The translations under genes were made by a program, and so were the position numbers. From an uncultured virus (IMG/VR IMGVR_UViG_3300042868_007713) (Duplodnaviria > Heunggongvirae > Uroviricota > Caudoviricetes), in the IMG/VR virus record IMGVR_UViG_3300042868_007713: a stretch of 64,000 nt of DNA; one strand, 5' to 3'. Below, in pieces: positions 30,039 to 41,300 of the stretch. Within the stretch, counting starts at the first letter, position 1, and the number at the start of each line of letters is the position of its first letter. The notes beneath the pieces were generated by a model, which was not told where the DNA came from, ran no database searches, and saw only the letters and a list, made by a program, of their open reading frames with translations.

Positions 30039-30085
30039 ACTATATAAGTTTAAATAGGAAAATATATAAAATTAATGTAAATTAT
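30036..30085 (+). promoter_or_regulatory. Palindrome TAAACT-N5-AGTTTA with adjacent candidate promoter ATAG-N20-TAAATTAT
   Basis: Perfect 6-bp inverted repeat at 30036-30052; TAAATTAT at 30078. Confidence 0.45.
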
Positions 30086-30099
30086 AATATAACAATTAT

Positions 30100-30684
30100 A
30101 TGAATAAATATAATAAACCAGATCTTAATGCTCCAAGATATAGATATAAAGCACATTCAATACTTAATAAAGACTTTTGTGATAGAATAAAAGAAAAAGG
30201 TAAAGAATTTAAAGAACTATCTAATGAAGACATTAAGAATGTAGTAAAAATATTTAATCAGAAGACGTGGGAATCTGTTATAGAATATAGAGACGGTGTT
30301 GAATTATTGGAACAATTGGGATATATGTTTATTGGTACTTGTAAAAAAAAGAAGTACAGTAATCCAGATGTAGAAAAATCTATAGAACATGGAGTACAAA
30401 TACAACATCAAAATTGGGAATCTGATCAATACTTGGCAAAAATATTTTATACAAATTATGAAACTAAATATAAGTTTAAGTTTCATGAATTATGGGGATT
30501 TGAAGCACTTAGAGATTTTAAAAGAACTGTAAGTAAAACATATCCAACAGAATGGAAAAAATATATAGTTGTTGATAATATGGTAAGAGTTTCTAGATTA
30601 TTTAGAAAATCATTATATGTGGATAAATTAAAACAAGAAGTAGAAACAGCTATTGAAACATATGATGAATTTGATATAAATTAA
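30100..30684 (+). CDS. crAss-like IHF-related conserved protein
   Basis: PDLNAPRYR and I.YRDGVEL..QLG..FIGTC; precedes the tail ring genes as in crAss-like genomes. Confidence 0.5.
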   Translation: MNKYNKPDLNAPRYRYKAHSILNKDFCDRIKEKGKEFKELSNEDIKNVVKIFNQKTWESVIEYRDGVELLEQLGYMFIGTCKKKKYSNPDVEKSIEHGVQIQHQNWESDQYLAKIFYTNYETKYKFKFHELWGFEALRDFKRTVSKTYPTEWKKYIVVDNMVRVSRLFRKSLYVDKLKQEVETAIETYDEFDIN

Positions 30685-30695
30685 AAATAAACAAA

Positions 30696-31382
30696 ATGAG
30701 CAAAACAACTATTGGAGAAGTAGTATCTAGGGTTAGGAATCAAATAAAAGCAGTTAGACAAGATGCTTTTCTAACTGATAGATTTATATATAGTATTATA
30801 GGTAAACATGCTAAATGGTTAATGAAACGTGAAGATTCTAAAAATAACCTTATGAAATTTAATTCTATAATGCAAACTTTAGATAAAGTTGAATTAATAG
30901 AAATAGATAGAATAGAAGCAGGTTGTATAAATTTATCTACTAATATAAAAATAATGAGAACTAGAAATACAATTCCTGTATTTATGCAAGGATATTGGGG
31001 TCCATTAATTAGACAAATAACATCTGTAGATGGTCAAATAGATTTTCAACCAATTGCTCCAACTCAATATGCAATACTTTCACAATCAAAAAATTTTAAA
31101 TATAACAAAACTAATTACTATTGGTATTTAAATGATAACTTATATTTTCCAGATATTCAATGGCAGTATGTAAGAATTGAAGGAGTTTTTGAAGATGATA
31201 TTGCACAATATAAATGTAGTGATTGTAAAAATAATTACAACTGTATAGTAAGACAAGATCAAACTTTTAGTGTGCCAGATTATTTATTTGGTGAAATAGA
31301 AACAAATGTTTTAAAAGACCTTTCTGTTATGGTACAATTTCCAACAGATGATGTACATGATAATAAAAATATTACAAGATAA
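30696..31382 (+). CDS. Tail ring / tubular protein
   Basis: 228 aa with TDRFIYS, YYWYLNDNLYFP, EGVFE; in the block upstream of the stabilisation protein. Confidence 0.6.
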   Translation: MSKTTIGEVVSRVRNQIKAVRQDAFLTDRFIYSIIGKHAKWLMKREDSKNNLMKFNSIMQTLDKVELIEIDRIEAGCINLSTNIKIMRTRNTIPVFMQGYWGPLIRQITSVDGQIDFQPIAPTQYAILSQSKNFKYNKTNYYWYLNDNLYFPDIQWQYVRIEGVFEDDIAQYKCSDCKNNYNCIVRQDQTFSVPDYLFGEIETNVLKDLSVMVQFPTDDVHDNKNITR

Positions 31383-31384
31383 TT

Positions 31385-32269
31385 ATGGGAAATACAATAG
31401 TTAAATACAGAACTTTTGATGACTTAATGAATGAGGTAAAAGCTGATTTTTTTACCTATGAGATGGAAGGTATGATAGAACCAAGTCAGTTAATTAAAAT
31501 TGCACAAAAAGTTAATTATGATTTAGGTTTAAGAATACATAGTGAAAAACAAAGGGTGCTTGATATATGTGATGGTAAAGTAAGATTACCTGATGATTTT
31601 TATGTATTAACTTTAGCATTACTATGTGCTGATTTTAGAATTAAAGAAGAAGTTATACAAGGAAGACATACAGAAAATGTTATAGTTGATCCAACAGCAA
31701 CTTGTTGTAGCCGTTGTAATGAACCAGAACCTACATGTTCTTGTGAAATAACTTATACAGTATGTGATGATGTACATGTTAAAGTTGTAGAAAGAAAAAA
31801 TTTTATTACTAGAGAATATTCTGAATTTAGAAGATTACGTATTAGACCAGCTAAAGCAGTAGATCCTATATGTTCTAGAAAACCACATGGTCATGATTGG
31901 TTAGATGCTGAATTAAAAAATGGATTTTTATATGTACCAGGTATTGAACAGGGTAAAGTGTATTTAAATTATTTAGGAAACATGGAAGATGATGATGGTA
32001 ACTTATTAGTACTAGATCATCCTATGGTAAATGAATATTATGAATATGCAATTAAACAACGTATATTAGAAAATTTATATATGAATGGTGAAGATGTTTC
32101 ACAAAAAATTAGTTTAATTGAAGGTAGATTAAGACCTGCAAGAAACAATGCATTAAGTATGGTTAATACACCTAACTTCCAAGAAATGTATGAAGTGTGG
32201 AAAATGAATAGAGAAGCTATGTATGGAAAATACTATGATATGTTTAAATCTTACTATATAAATTTATAA
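31385..32269 (+). CDS. Tail ring / tubular protein with a Cys-rich insert
   Basis: KVRLPDDFY and GKVYLNYLG..EDDDGNLLVLDHP...EYYEYA; CCSRC...CSC insert. Confidence 0.6.
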   Translation: MGNTIVKYRTFDDLMNEVKADFFTYEMEGMIEPSQLIKIAQKVNYDLGLRIHSEKQRVLDICDGKVRLPDDFYVLTLALLCADFRIKEEVIQGRHTENVIVDPTATCCSRCNEPEPTCSCEITYTVCDDVHVKVVERKNFITREYSEFRRLRIRPAKAVDPICSRKPHGHDWLDAELKNGFLYVPGIEQGKVYLNYLGNMEDDDGNLLVLDHPMVNEYYEYAIKQRILENLYMNGEDVSQKISLIEGRLRPARNNALSMVNTPNFQEMYEVWKMNREAMYGKYYDMFKSYYINL

Positions 32270-32272
32270 AAA

Positions 32273-32626
32273 ATGGCATTTAAAAAAAGCATAAATATTG
32301 AAACATTTAACAGTAAACTTGAAGTAATTATTACCGATACTATTCAAAAAGAAATAAAAAAAGTTTATGATTTATATAAAGTTAAATATGAAGATCCTGT
32401 TGAAGTAGAAGGTGTGCTTATAAATGTTAGTATAGAAAAATATCATTTATTAATTGATAAAAAATATTTAACACATAATACAATTGCACATGAAATTTAT
32501 CATGCAACTGTAAGAATAACAGAAGATAGAGATGTAGTTGATGAAGAAACACAAGCTTGGTTATGTGGATATATTACACAAAAAATATATGAGTTTATTA
32601 AATTAAAAAAATTAGAAATTAAATAA
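32273..32626 (+). CDS. Minimal zincin (HExxH) metallopeptidase-like protein
   Basis: TIAHEIYHA...DEETQAWLCG. Confidence 0.7.
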   Translation: MAFKKSINIETFNSKLEVIITDTIQKEIKKVYDLYKVKYEDPVEVEGVLINVSIEKYHLLIDKKYLTHNTIAHEIYHATVRITEDRDVVDEETQAWLCGYITQKIYEFIKLKKLEIK

Positions 32627-32628
32627 CA

Positions 32629-35600
32629 ATGGCAAATAATCAGGCATCACTTGAAACAAATTCTTTTACTAAAGGTATGGCAAAAGACCCCAATGAAACA
32701 TACATTGGTGAAGGGGTGTGGACACATGCTAGAAATTTAGTTAATAATTCACATGATGGACAAATAGGTGTTGTTGGTAATGAACCCTCTAATAAATTTT
32801 GTGTAGATTTACCTTTTACTTTAATTGGTTGTATACAACTAGCTGATAATCAATGGGCTATGTTTACTACTGATAATATAAATAGTGAAATTGGAATATT
32901 TAATGATCTTACATGTACTTATACTCAATTAGTAAGAAGTGCATGTTTAAATTTTAATACAAAACATTTAATAACAGGAGCATCAAGAAGAACATTTGAT
33001 TGTTCAGAAAAAGTATATTGGTCTGATGGAAATAATCCTGATAGGGTTTTAGATGTTACTAATATACCTTGGAAACAAACTTGTACAGATGATAATGGAA
33101 TTAGTATTACAAATCCTCCAGGAGTATGGCCAGCAGGTGCACCTACAGGTTGTATTACATGTACTGATACTACAGAATTAAATTGTGAACAACTTAGACT
33201 TGCACCTTTATTAACAGTTCCTTGTTTAACATTAGAAAAAGCAACAGGTTCTGGTACATTAATTAATGGTACATATCAAGTGGCTGTAGCTTATATGATT
33301 AATGAAATTAAAGTTACAGATTATTTAATTATATCAAATCCAGTATCTATTTGGAGCCATTCAGGTGTAGGTGGAGCTATTAATTTAAATGTATCAAATA
33401 CAGATCCTGATTTTACAGAAATGGAAGTTGTAGTTATATCTATTGTTAATTCTCAAACTGTAGCAAAACAATTAGGTGTATATTCAACAAGACAATCTGT
33501 TATTTATATTGATAGTTTAGATCCTAGTTTAGTAAATATATCATTAGATTCTTTACCACTCATAACACCTGCTATAGAAAAATCAGACGGAATTTTTCCT
33601 TTAAATAATTATTTATTAAGAGTAGGTACATATACAAAACCTGATTTTAATTATCAACCACAAGCAAATAGAATTATTGCTAGATGGCAATCAGTTGAAT
33701 ATCCTGAAGATTATTACCATAAAGCAGGAACTAATGTTGGTTATATGAGAGATGAAGTATATTCATTTTTTATAAGATGGATATATAATACAGGTGATAG
33801 ATCTGCATCATATCATATACCAGGAAGACCTTTTAATGGTGCTATTGATGCTAATTGGCAAACAAATAACACTGCTACTATTACATCTTCACCAAATACA
33901 ATATTACCTGATGGAGGTATATTAGTTGCAACAGGTTTAATGGGATATTGGCAATCTTCAGAAAAATATCCTGATGATAATAGTATAGTATGGAATCAAC
34001 CTGGTAATGCCGGAGGACAATTTAATTTATGTGGTAAAAATATTAGACATCATAAATTTCCTGATAATACATTAGATAGGCATTTTACTAATGGTGGTAA
34101 TTCAATAAGAGTATTAGGTGTTACATTTGAAAATATAACAGAACCTAAAGATATTAATGGAAATATTATAACTTCTATAGTTGGATATGAAATATTAAGA
34201 GGTTCAAGAGAAGGTCAAAAATCTATTGTTGCAAAAGGAATGGTTAACAATATGAAACAGTATAATATTCTTGATGCTAAAAATGGAAATATACTTGGAC
34301 AATCATTAATGCAAAATTATCCTTATAATGATATTTTTACTAATACAATTGGAGATCCTTTTTATGGTGATATTGGTATGACTGCTCTTAAAAACTACGC
34401 ATCTTTTCATTCACCTGATACCACATTTCAAAATCCATATTTAGGTGCTTTTAATTTAAAAATATATGGATATATACATGGAAAAATGTCAGGATGTTAT
34501 AATGCACCCTACAAACATCCAGAGTTTAAAATATTAGGACAAAGAAGTACAGATGTTGCAAATGGTTTTGCTTTAACTATTTCTATTATGAATACTATTG
34601 GAGCATTTTTTGGTACTCCTCCTCCTACAATTGGAGCAACTAATGACATGCCTTATAGTATGACATTAGGTGTTGATGTAGGATCTAGTCCAGATTTTGC
34701 TGGGTATGCACTTTATCTTATAAGAGCAGGTATTAATGTAGGAATGTCTTTATTTTATTATGGATTTATTGGCACAAAAGCAAATGCTCAAAAGTTAGCT
34801 GATTTAATTAGATCATTAATTGGTTCAGAACAATATGCTTCACAATTTAATTCTCATGGATATTATAATAATTTTACTCCTACTAATACTGCTGCTATAT
34901 CAACATCTAATTATGGTTTTATAAAAGATAATGTGCAATCATTTGAAGGAATTTCAATAAATAATCTTTATAGAAATCCTTATGTAATAATGAAATTAAA
35001 TTCAACATTACCTGATCCTGGAATTGCTGATAATTCATTAAACATTTTAGGTGAAAATGGTGATTGTAAAACTTCTGATATTTCTTCTAATTACGCAGCA
35101 ATTAAAGTAGATTTTGCATCTCAATATGGTCAAATAGATTCAATAAGACAAATACCTATTAGTAGTTGTGTTTATAAAATTACAGATGCTCCTATATTAT
35201 TTGGTGGTGATACTTATATAAATAGATATACAGAAAAAAATAATTATTTATTTTTTAATGATTGGCTTATAGATCAACCTGAAGATACTGTTTATAATTA
35301 TCTTTATTATCAAAATATTATAGGAACAAGATTTTGGGTAGATAATAGAAAATCATATACAGAAGATACAGCTGATAATTATGATAATGATGTAAATAAT
35401 GGTAGCGGTGGTGGTGGAAGTAATAGTAATACTTCAATTAGTACTGCGGCATCAAATTTAGTATTTATACGGCCAAGATTATATTACAGATTATGGCAAA
35501 AAGATCAAACTGGTCTTTATAAAAGAATAGGTGGACCTCAACCTAGTCCTTCAGGTTCTGGATGGAAAGTACAACCAGGAAATTTTTATTTATTTTGTAA

Positions 35601-38379
35601 CGGGGTAAGAGATTTTTTTGTTGAATCAGAAGTTAATGTTGGGTACAGAGATTGGGATGAAGAATTAAGTAAAAGGTTTTATGACCCATATGGTTTTACA
35701 GATCTTCAAGGAATGTTTAGAAGTGATTTAATAAAATTTTCATCAGGGTTTTATAAATATGATTATTCATTATCTGTATCTAAAATGTATAATCAATTTA
35801 TATCTTGGGGTCAAGTTTTATCAAGATCATTTGATCCACAAGTAGCAGCTACATGTTATGCTTATTATCCTAGAAGAATACAATATTCATTACCACAACA
35901 AGATGAATTAAAACGTGATAATTGGCAAAGTTTTTTAGTTAATAACTATAAAGACATGCCTGATAAAATAACTTCTGTTAAATCTATAAATAAAACAGGT
36001 GCTTTAATAATGTTTGAAAGACAATCACCTATACAACTTATGGGTGTTGATAGTTTGCAAACTGATACAGGAGTTAAAGTTACAATTGGTGATGGAGGAT
36101 TATTTAATCAAGCTTTACAAAATCTTGTTAATTCAGATCAAATATATGAATATGGTTCATGTCAAAGTAGATGGGGTATTACAGCAACTCCTCAAGGGGT
36201 ATTTTATGTAAGTCAAGACCAAGGTAAAATATTTGTATATACAGGACAGTTAGAAGAAATATCAAGAACAAATATGAAATGGTGGTTTAGTAGATACTTA
36301 CCATTAAAATTAAAAACATATTTTCCAAATTTTAATTTAGATGATAATCCTGTAATTGGTGCAGGTATAACAACTGTATATGATAACATAAATGAAGTTG
36401 TGTATTTTTCTAAAAAAGATTATATACCTAAAAGAAATGATATTTTATATAGTCCTGGTTTTGGATTTTATTTAGCTCTTGAGGATGTACCATTAAACAG
36501 TAATACATCATTAACATTAGAATGTCCAGAAGGTTATGTATATATAAATGGAGAATGTCAATTAGTCAGTAATTTATCACCAACTAAATCAAGTACTAAT
36601 TATGCTTTATCAAATTCTAATAATGTTGTTTATGGAATAAATGGCACAGCTTTATATGATTTAGGATATACTAGTAATGGTGTAGGTACTTATACTAATA
36701 TAGGAATGGTTAATCCTTTTTGGATAAATAATGTACCTCAGCCAACAGTTGCAGTTGCTAATACTAGTGGTAAATTTAGTACTGGAGCATCAACATTAAT
36801 GGTTGGAAATTATATAAGTATAACTGGAACAAATACTGGTACAGCTGGTGCAAGTTTTATTTCTGGATATACATCTGGAACAACATATAAAGTTTCAGCT
36901 GTAACTGGTAATTCACCAAATGTAACTGCATTTACTCTTGTAACACTTTCTGGTGAAGCTATTATAACAACTGTTGGTACATTAGTAGGATTAACTTTTA
37001 ATTCATTAGTTGGTCCTGTAAATAAATTAATTAAAACAATCAATACAGTACCTAATAATACAATTACATTTAACGTTTATTTAAATGATGTACCAGTAAA
37101 TAAAATTTATTATGTAGCACTATGTTCATTTAATAGTAATCATTTAACAGCTACTACAAACTTTAAAGTTCTTTTAAATGATGAAGAATTAATAACACCT
37201 AATTTTACTAGTATGGTTGCTAGTAGTAGATTAAAAGGTACAGCAAATAATGTAGGTAGTTCATATTTACATATATATCCAATTCAAATTTTAACACCTA
37301 ATAATACATTAACCTTAAAAGGTTCAAATCAAGGATTTGGTGCTATGGTAATAGATAATACTCAATTTGAAATATTACAAGCAACTTCTTTTGATGATTT
37401 AAATGTAATATTTACTACAGAAACAAAAACTCAATTTACAATAAATCAATATACATGTACAGAAGGAAGTGATTTAGTATATACTTATGGTGTACAAGAT
37501 CCTGTTTGTAGATTAGTAGAAACACAAGAATTAGAATATAATACAACAGAAATTTTACCTCCTAGAGAAATTCCTAAAATACCTATCACATTATGTGATC
37601 CCTCTTATTTTGAAGATGCATCTTGGACTATATCTTATGATGTTAAAAATAAACAATGGTTAAGTTTTCATGATTGGCATCCTTCATTTATGCTTCCATC
37701 AAAAAGACATTTTTTAACAACAAATAATTTATGTAATGGAGCCGGCACATCTTTGTGGAGACATAATGATAGATGGGATAGCTTTTGTAATTTTTATAAT
37801 AACTATTATCCTTTTGAAATAGAATATGGAGTTTCAACAGGAATGACAACTACAACATTAAGAAGTGTAGAATATTATTTAGAAGCATATAAATACAGTA
37901 CTAACGGACAAGATAAGTTTCATGTATTAGATTATAATTTTGATGCTGCTATAGTATATAATTCAGAACAAATATCTGGTTTATTAAATCTTAATTTAAA
38001 ATCTAAAACTAATCCTTTTCTTTATCTTAATTATCCTATAGCATCTGTATTTGGTTATACAGATATATTATTTTCTAAAGAAGAACAAAAATATAGATTT
38101 GATCAGTTTAATGATATTACAAAAGACAGAGGTGAATTTAATAATGTTGAAAATATATTAATAACTACTAAAGATAACGGATATGTTTGGTATGTTAATC
38201 CAAATAGTGTAGATTATTTTAAACCGGCTACACAAAGAAAAAAGTTTAGACATAATAACAGCAAAGTACTTCTTAGAAAAAATCCTGTAGTTGTAGATAA
38301 AAGAGGAATTATTGGAAGAGATGATGTAAAAATGATCTTTAAATTTATAAATACAAAATATCAAGTATCCCAAAAATAA
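32629..38379 (+). CDS. Tail stabilisation / muzzle-like protein
   Basis: 1916 aa. N-terminal NSFTKGM.KD...WTHARN, GYMRDEVYSF, FGGDTYINRY, WTISYD...WLSFHDW resemble the crAss-like stabilisation protein. Confidence 0.72.
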   Translation: MANNQASLETNSFTKGMAKDPNETYIGEGVWTHARNLVNNSHDGQIGVVGNEPSNKFCVDLPFTLIGCIQLADNQWAMFTTDNINSEIGIFNDLTCTYTQLVRSACLNFNTKHLITGASRRTFDCSEKVYWSDGNNPDRVLDVTNIPWKQTCTDDNGISITNPPGVWPAGAPTGCITCTDTTELNCEQLRLAPLLTVPCLTLEKATGSGTLINGTYQVAVAYMINEIKVTDYLIISNPVSIWSHSGVGGAINLNVSNTDPDFTEMEVVVISIVNSQTVAKQLGVYSTRQSVIYIDSLDPSLVNISLDSLPLITPAIEKSDGIFPLNNYLLRVGTYTKPDFNYQPQANRIIARWQSVEYPEDYYHKAGTNVGYMRDEVYSFFIRWIYNTGDRSASYHIPGRPFNGAIDANWQTNNTATITSSPNTILPDGGILVATGLMGYWQSSEKYPDDNSIVWNQPGNAGGQFNLCGKNIRHHKFPDNTLDRHFTNGGNSIRVLGVTFENITEPKDINGNIITSIVGYEILRGSREGQKSIVAKGMVNNMKQYNILDAKNGNILGQSLMQNYPYNDIFTNTIGDPFYGDIGMTALKNYASFHSPDTTFQNPYLGAFNLKIYGYIHGKMSGCYNAPYKHPEFKILGQRSTDVANGFALTISIMNTIGAFFGTPPPTIGATNDMPYSMTLGVDVGSSPDFAGYALYLIRAGINVGMSLFYYGFIGTKANAQKLADLIRSLIGSEQYASQFNSHGYYNNFTPTNTAAISTSNYGFIKDNVQSFEGISINNLYRNPYVIMKLNSTLPDPGIADNSLNILGENGDCKTSDISSNYAAIKVDFASQYGQIDSIRQIPISSCVYKITDAPILFGGDTYINRYTEKNNYLFFNDWLIDQPEDTVYNYLYYQNIIGTRFWVDNRKSYTEDTADNYDNDVNNGSGGGGSNSNTSISTAASNLVFIRPRLYYRLWQKDQTGLYKRIGGPQPSPSGSGWKVQPGNFYLFCNGVRDFFVESEVNVGYRDWDEELSKRFYDPYGFTDLQGMFRSDLIKFSSGFYKYDYSLSVSKMYNQFISWGQVLSRSFDPQVAATCYAYYPRRIQYSLPQQDELKRDNWQSFLVNNYKDMPDKITSVKSINKTGALIMFERQSPIQLMGVDSLQTDTGVKVTIGDGGLFNQALQNLVNSDQIYEYGSCQSRWGITATPQGVFYVSQDQGKIFVYTGQLEEISRTNMKWWFSRYLPLKLKTYFPNFNLDDNPVIGAGITTVYDNINEVVYFSKKDYIPKRNDILYSPGFGFYLALEDVPLNSNTSLTLECPEGYVYINGECQLVSNLSPTKSSTNYALSNSNNVVYGINGTALYDLGYTSNGVGTYTNIGMVNPFWINNVPQPTVAVANTSGKFSTGASTLMVGNYISITGTNTGTAGASFISGYTSGTTYKVSAVTGNSPNVTAFTLVTLSGEAIITTVGTLVGLTFNSLVGPVNKLIKTINTVPNNTITFNVYLNDVPVNKIYYVALCSFNSNHLTATTNFKVLLNDEELITPNFTSMVASSRLKGTANNVGSSYLHIYPIQILTPNNTLTLKGSNQGFGAMVIDNTQFEILQATSFDDLNVIFTTETKTQFTINQYTCTEGSDLVYTYGVQDPVCRLVETQELEYNTTEILPPREIPKIPITLCDPSYFEDASWTISYDVKNKQWLSFHDWHPSFMLPSKRHFLTTNNLCNGAGTSLWRHNDRWDSFCNFYNNYYPFEIEYGVSTGMTTTTLRSVEYYLEAYKYSTNGQDKFHVLDYNFDAAIVYNSEQISGLLNLNLKSKTNPFLYLNYPIASVFGYTDILFSKEEQKYRFDQFNDITKDRGEFNNVENILITTKDNGYVWYVNPNSVDYFKPATQRKKFRHNNSKVLLRKNPVVVDKRGIIGRDDVKMIFKFINTKYQVSQK

Positions 38380-38385
38380 CAACAG

Positions 38386-41300
38386 ATGAAAAAATGGTTA
38401 GATAAATATGAAAATGGTGGATTAGTATCTAAAAAGTCACTTAATAGAAAAGTAACATGTTCTAATTGTGGTTGGTCATGGAAACTATCAGATGGTGGTG
38501 AAGATCCATTAACATGTCATAAATGTGGTGGTACAATTAAAATGAAAAATGGTGGTGAATTAGATGAGTACAAAGAAAAAGGAGAAGTAGTTAATCCTAA
38601 CAATCCTATACAATTACCAAATGTAAACTTTGTTTATAAAAGACCAGTTGTAGAATCTACATTTGATGCTTATCAACAAAATACCCCAATAGTTGACCGT
38701 GGAAATTTTTCTAATATTCCTTATAGGAAGTCTGACCAAATTGCTATGGAAAGACAAAATGCTACAAATAAAAAAATAGCACAACAAGAATTACAACAAG
38801 AACTTTCTGCAAAAAAAGCTAAAGAAAAAGGAACTGCTTTTACTTTACCTACAGGAGCTACTAAAAAATATAAAGATATGAATGTTAAAGAACGTTTATA
38901 TGTAGATGCACAAGTTTTAAAAAATAAAGGTAGATGGAATGAAAACCAAGTTGAACAACCTTTTTTAAATAATTTTAATCCTATTACTATGTTGTATGAC
39001 ATGGGAGCAGGATTAGGTGAAGCTCCTTTAATGTCTGATGTAACAAATTCTTACATACCTTATGTAACAGGTGTAGCTGCACCTTTAACTGCTGGTGCAT
39101 TAGCTGGAATAGGTGCTAATACTACAGGTCAGTTTGTTAATGAATTAATAAATCCTTTAGCAGGAATAAGAAATCCTTTTAAAAATAAAAAATTTAAATC
39201 AGAAATAAATTGGCGTAATTGGAATAAAGAAATTCCTAAAAATGTTCCATTAATGCAAGAATATAATGCAATAGAACAAACTACTAAAGCTAATGGTACA
39301 TGGATGAAAAATTTTGATGGTTCTAAATTTAAAGGAACACCAGAACAATTTGTACAACAAAATAGTGAAAATTTTAAAAAAGCTTTTGGGAAAGATTTTA
39401 ATACTGGTTATAGAGGACAAAGAATACCAACAAATATTATGGATGGTGGTAATTATCCTTCAGGTATTACTTTTTTAGGAGATAAAGATCAAGCAATGAC
39501 TTATGGTGAAACTTGGAAAAAAAGCCATTCTGGTAAAATATATCAACCTGGCATGTTTGACCCTAAAGAACCTGCACTATATGAACTTATATATCCTAAT
39601 AGTAATAATAAAAAAATTATTACACATTCAAATGTAAGAGATTGGAGAGAATTAACAGATGATGAAGTTGCTTCACAATTAAAAAAAGTAGATTTAAAAA
39701 GAAGAGGTTTATCAAATAAAGGAGAACAATTTATAACAACAGATGATGTAGCATATTTTGTTAAAAGAAATGACTTAGATTATGCATATATACCTAAAAT
39801 AAGAGATTATGGAAGAAAACCTGATCGTAGATTTTTTAATTTACTTCCTGGAAAAAGTGTAGGAAATACAGTTATTGTAAATAGCAAGCCTGGAAATTAT
39901 CTTAAATCAAGATGGTATAATAACGGAATGTTTGATATGACTAATCCTGATATATATAAAGCTATAGTGCCAGCAGCAATAGGAGTAGGAGCATTACAAG
40001 AAAATAAATATGGTGGACAATGGTTAGATAAGTATAAAGAAAAAGGTGAGGTGGTAAATCCTAATAACCCTATACAATTACCAAATGTAAACTTTGTTTA
40101 TAAAAGACCAGTTGCAAATTCTACATTTAATCCATATGAAAATGTAAATAGAGTAGGAACAAGTGATAATACAAAAGTATTTAGATTAAATCCAGAACAA
40201 GTAGAAAAAGTTAAAGAAGCAGCAGCTATTAGAAATGAAAAAATAATAAGAGAGTATTATCAAAATAACCAATCTTTTATAGGACCTGATAACAGAACTA
40301 AAGCCGAAAGAGATAGAAGTATTGCTGCAAGAAAAGCATATGATGATTTGATGGAAAAACAACAGGTTATGTCACAACAACCTTTTTATCAAACATTACA
40401 AAATACAACAGCAGGAGGTTATAATCCTAATGCTGCATATAATCCTGTAATTGGTAAAACAGCAGAAGGATTAGGATATATGGCAGCTGGTGCATTAGGA
40501 AGTTCTGCTGTTAGACCTGCTTTTAATTTTATGGGTGAAGCTATGAATCTTCCTATACAAGGTGTTCCAGGATTTACAGGAAGTAATATAGTTAATGCAG
40601 CATTTACTACACATGGTTTAAAATCAATAATGGATGGTAGTGTTACAAAACCTTGGAAAGAAGCATATAGATCAGGTAACCCTTGGGATTATGCAAATGC
40701 AGTAAGTGAAAATGCAATGACAGCATTAGAGTTAGCTCCATTAGTTGGTCCTACATACAGAGGTATAGCATTAGAAGCAGGTAATGTATATAACAATATT
40801 GCAACAGGTAATTCTATTATTCCATATGCTTGGAAAAGTCCAGCTGTAGGTCTTAGTCAAGGTGCTAGTGATGTTATGTTTAAAGGTTTACTTAATAGTA
40901 ATAAATTAACAGATGCTGAAAGAGCTTTAATTGTAGAATATCAATATGATAGTAAACCTTTTACAGGTAGAGGTATACTTCCTGTAAATCAAGAAAAAAA
41001 AGAAGCTTTAAATAATATAATTAAAAAATATAATTTAAATGTTAATAATAATTCTATATTTACAAGAAGATTTAATCCAGAAGATAGATCTTTAGGTGCA
41101 GACTTTATAAATAATAATTTAAATTTAAGAGATAGACCTTCATCATTTTCAGCTGGTGTTGGAGACGTTGGTTATAGAAATTCTATGGATAGATTAGTTA
41201 TACCAAATAGATATGCTAAAAACATGGGAAATAATTTTTTAGCAAATGAATATGGGGCATTTTCTGATGATGCTATTAATTTAGTTGATCCAAAAGTTAA

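Noticed and set aside
38560..40128. Diversity-generating retroelement template/variable repeat pair
   Set aside because: Most differences are synonymous and not confined to adenines, both copies are in-frame module heads, and no reverse transcriptase is present in the window.
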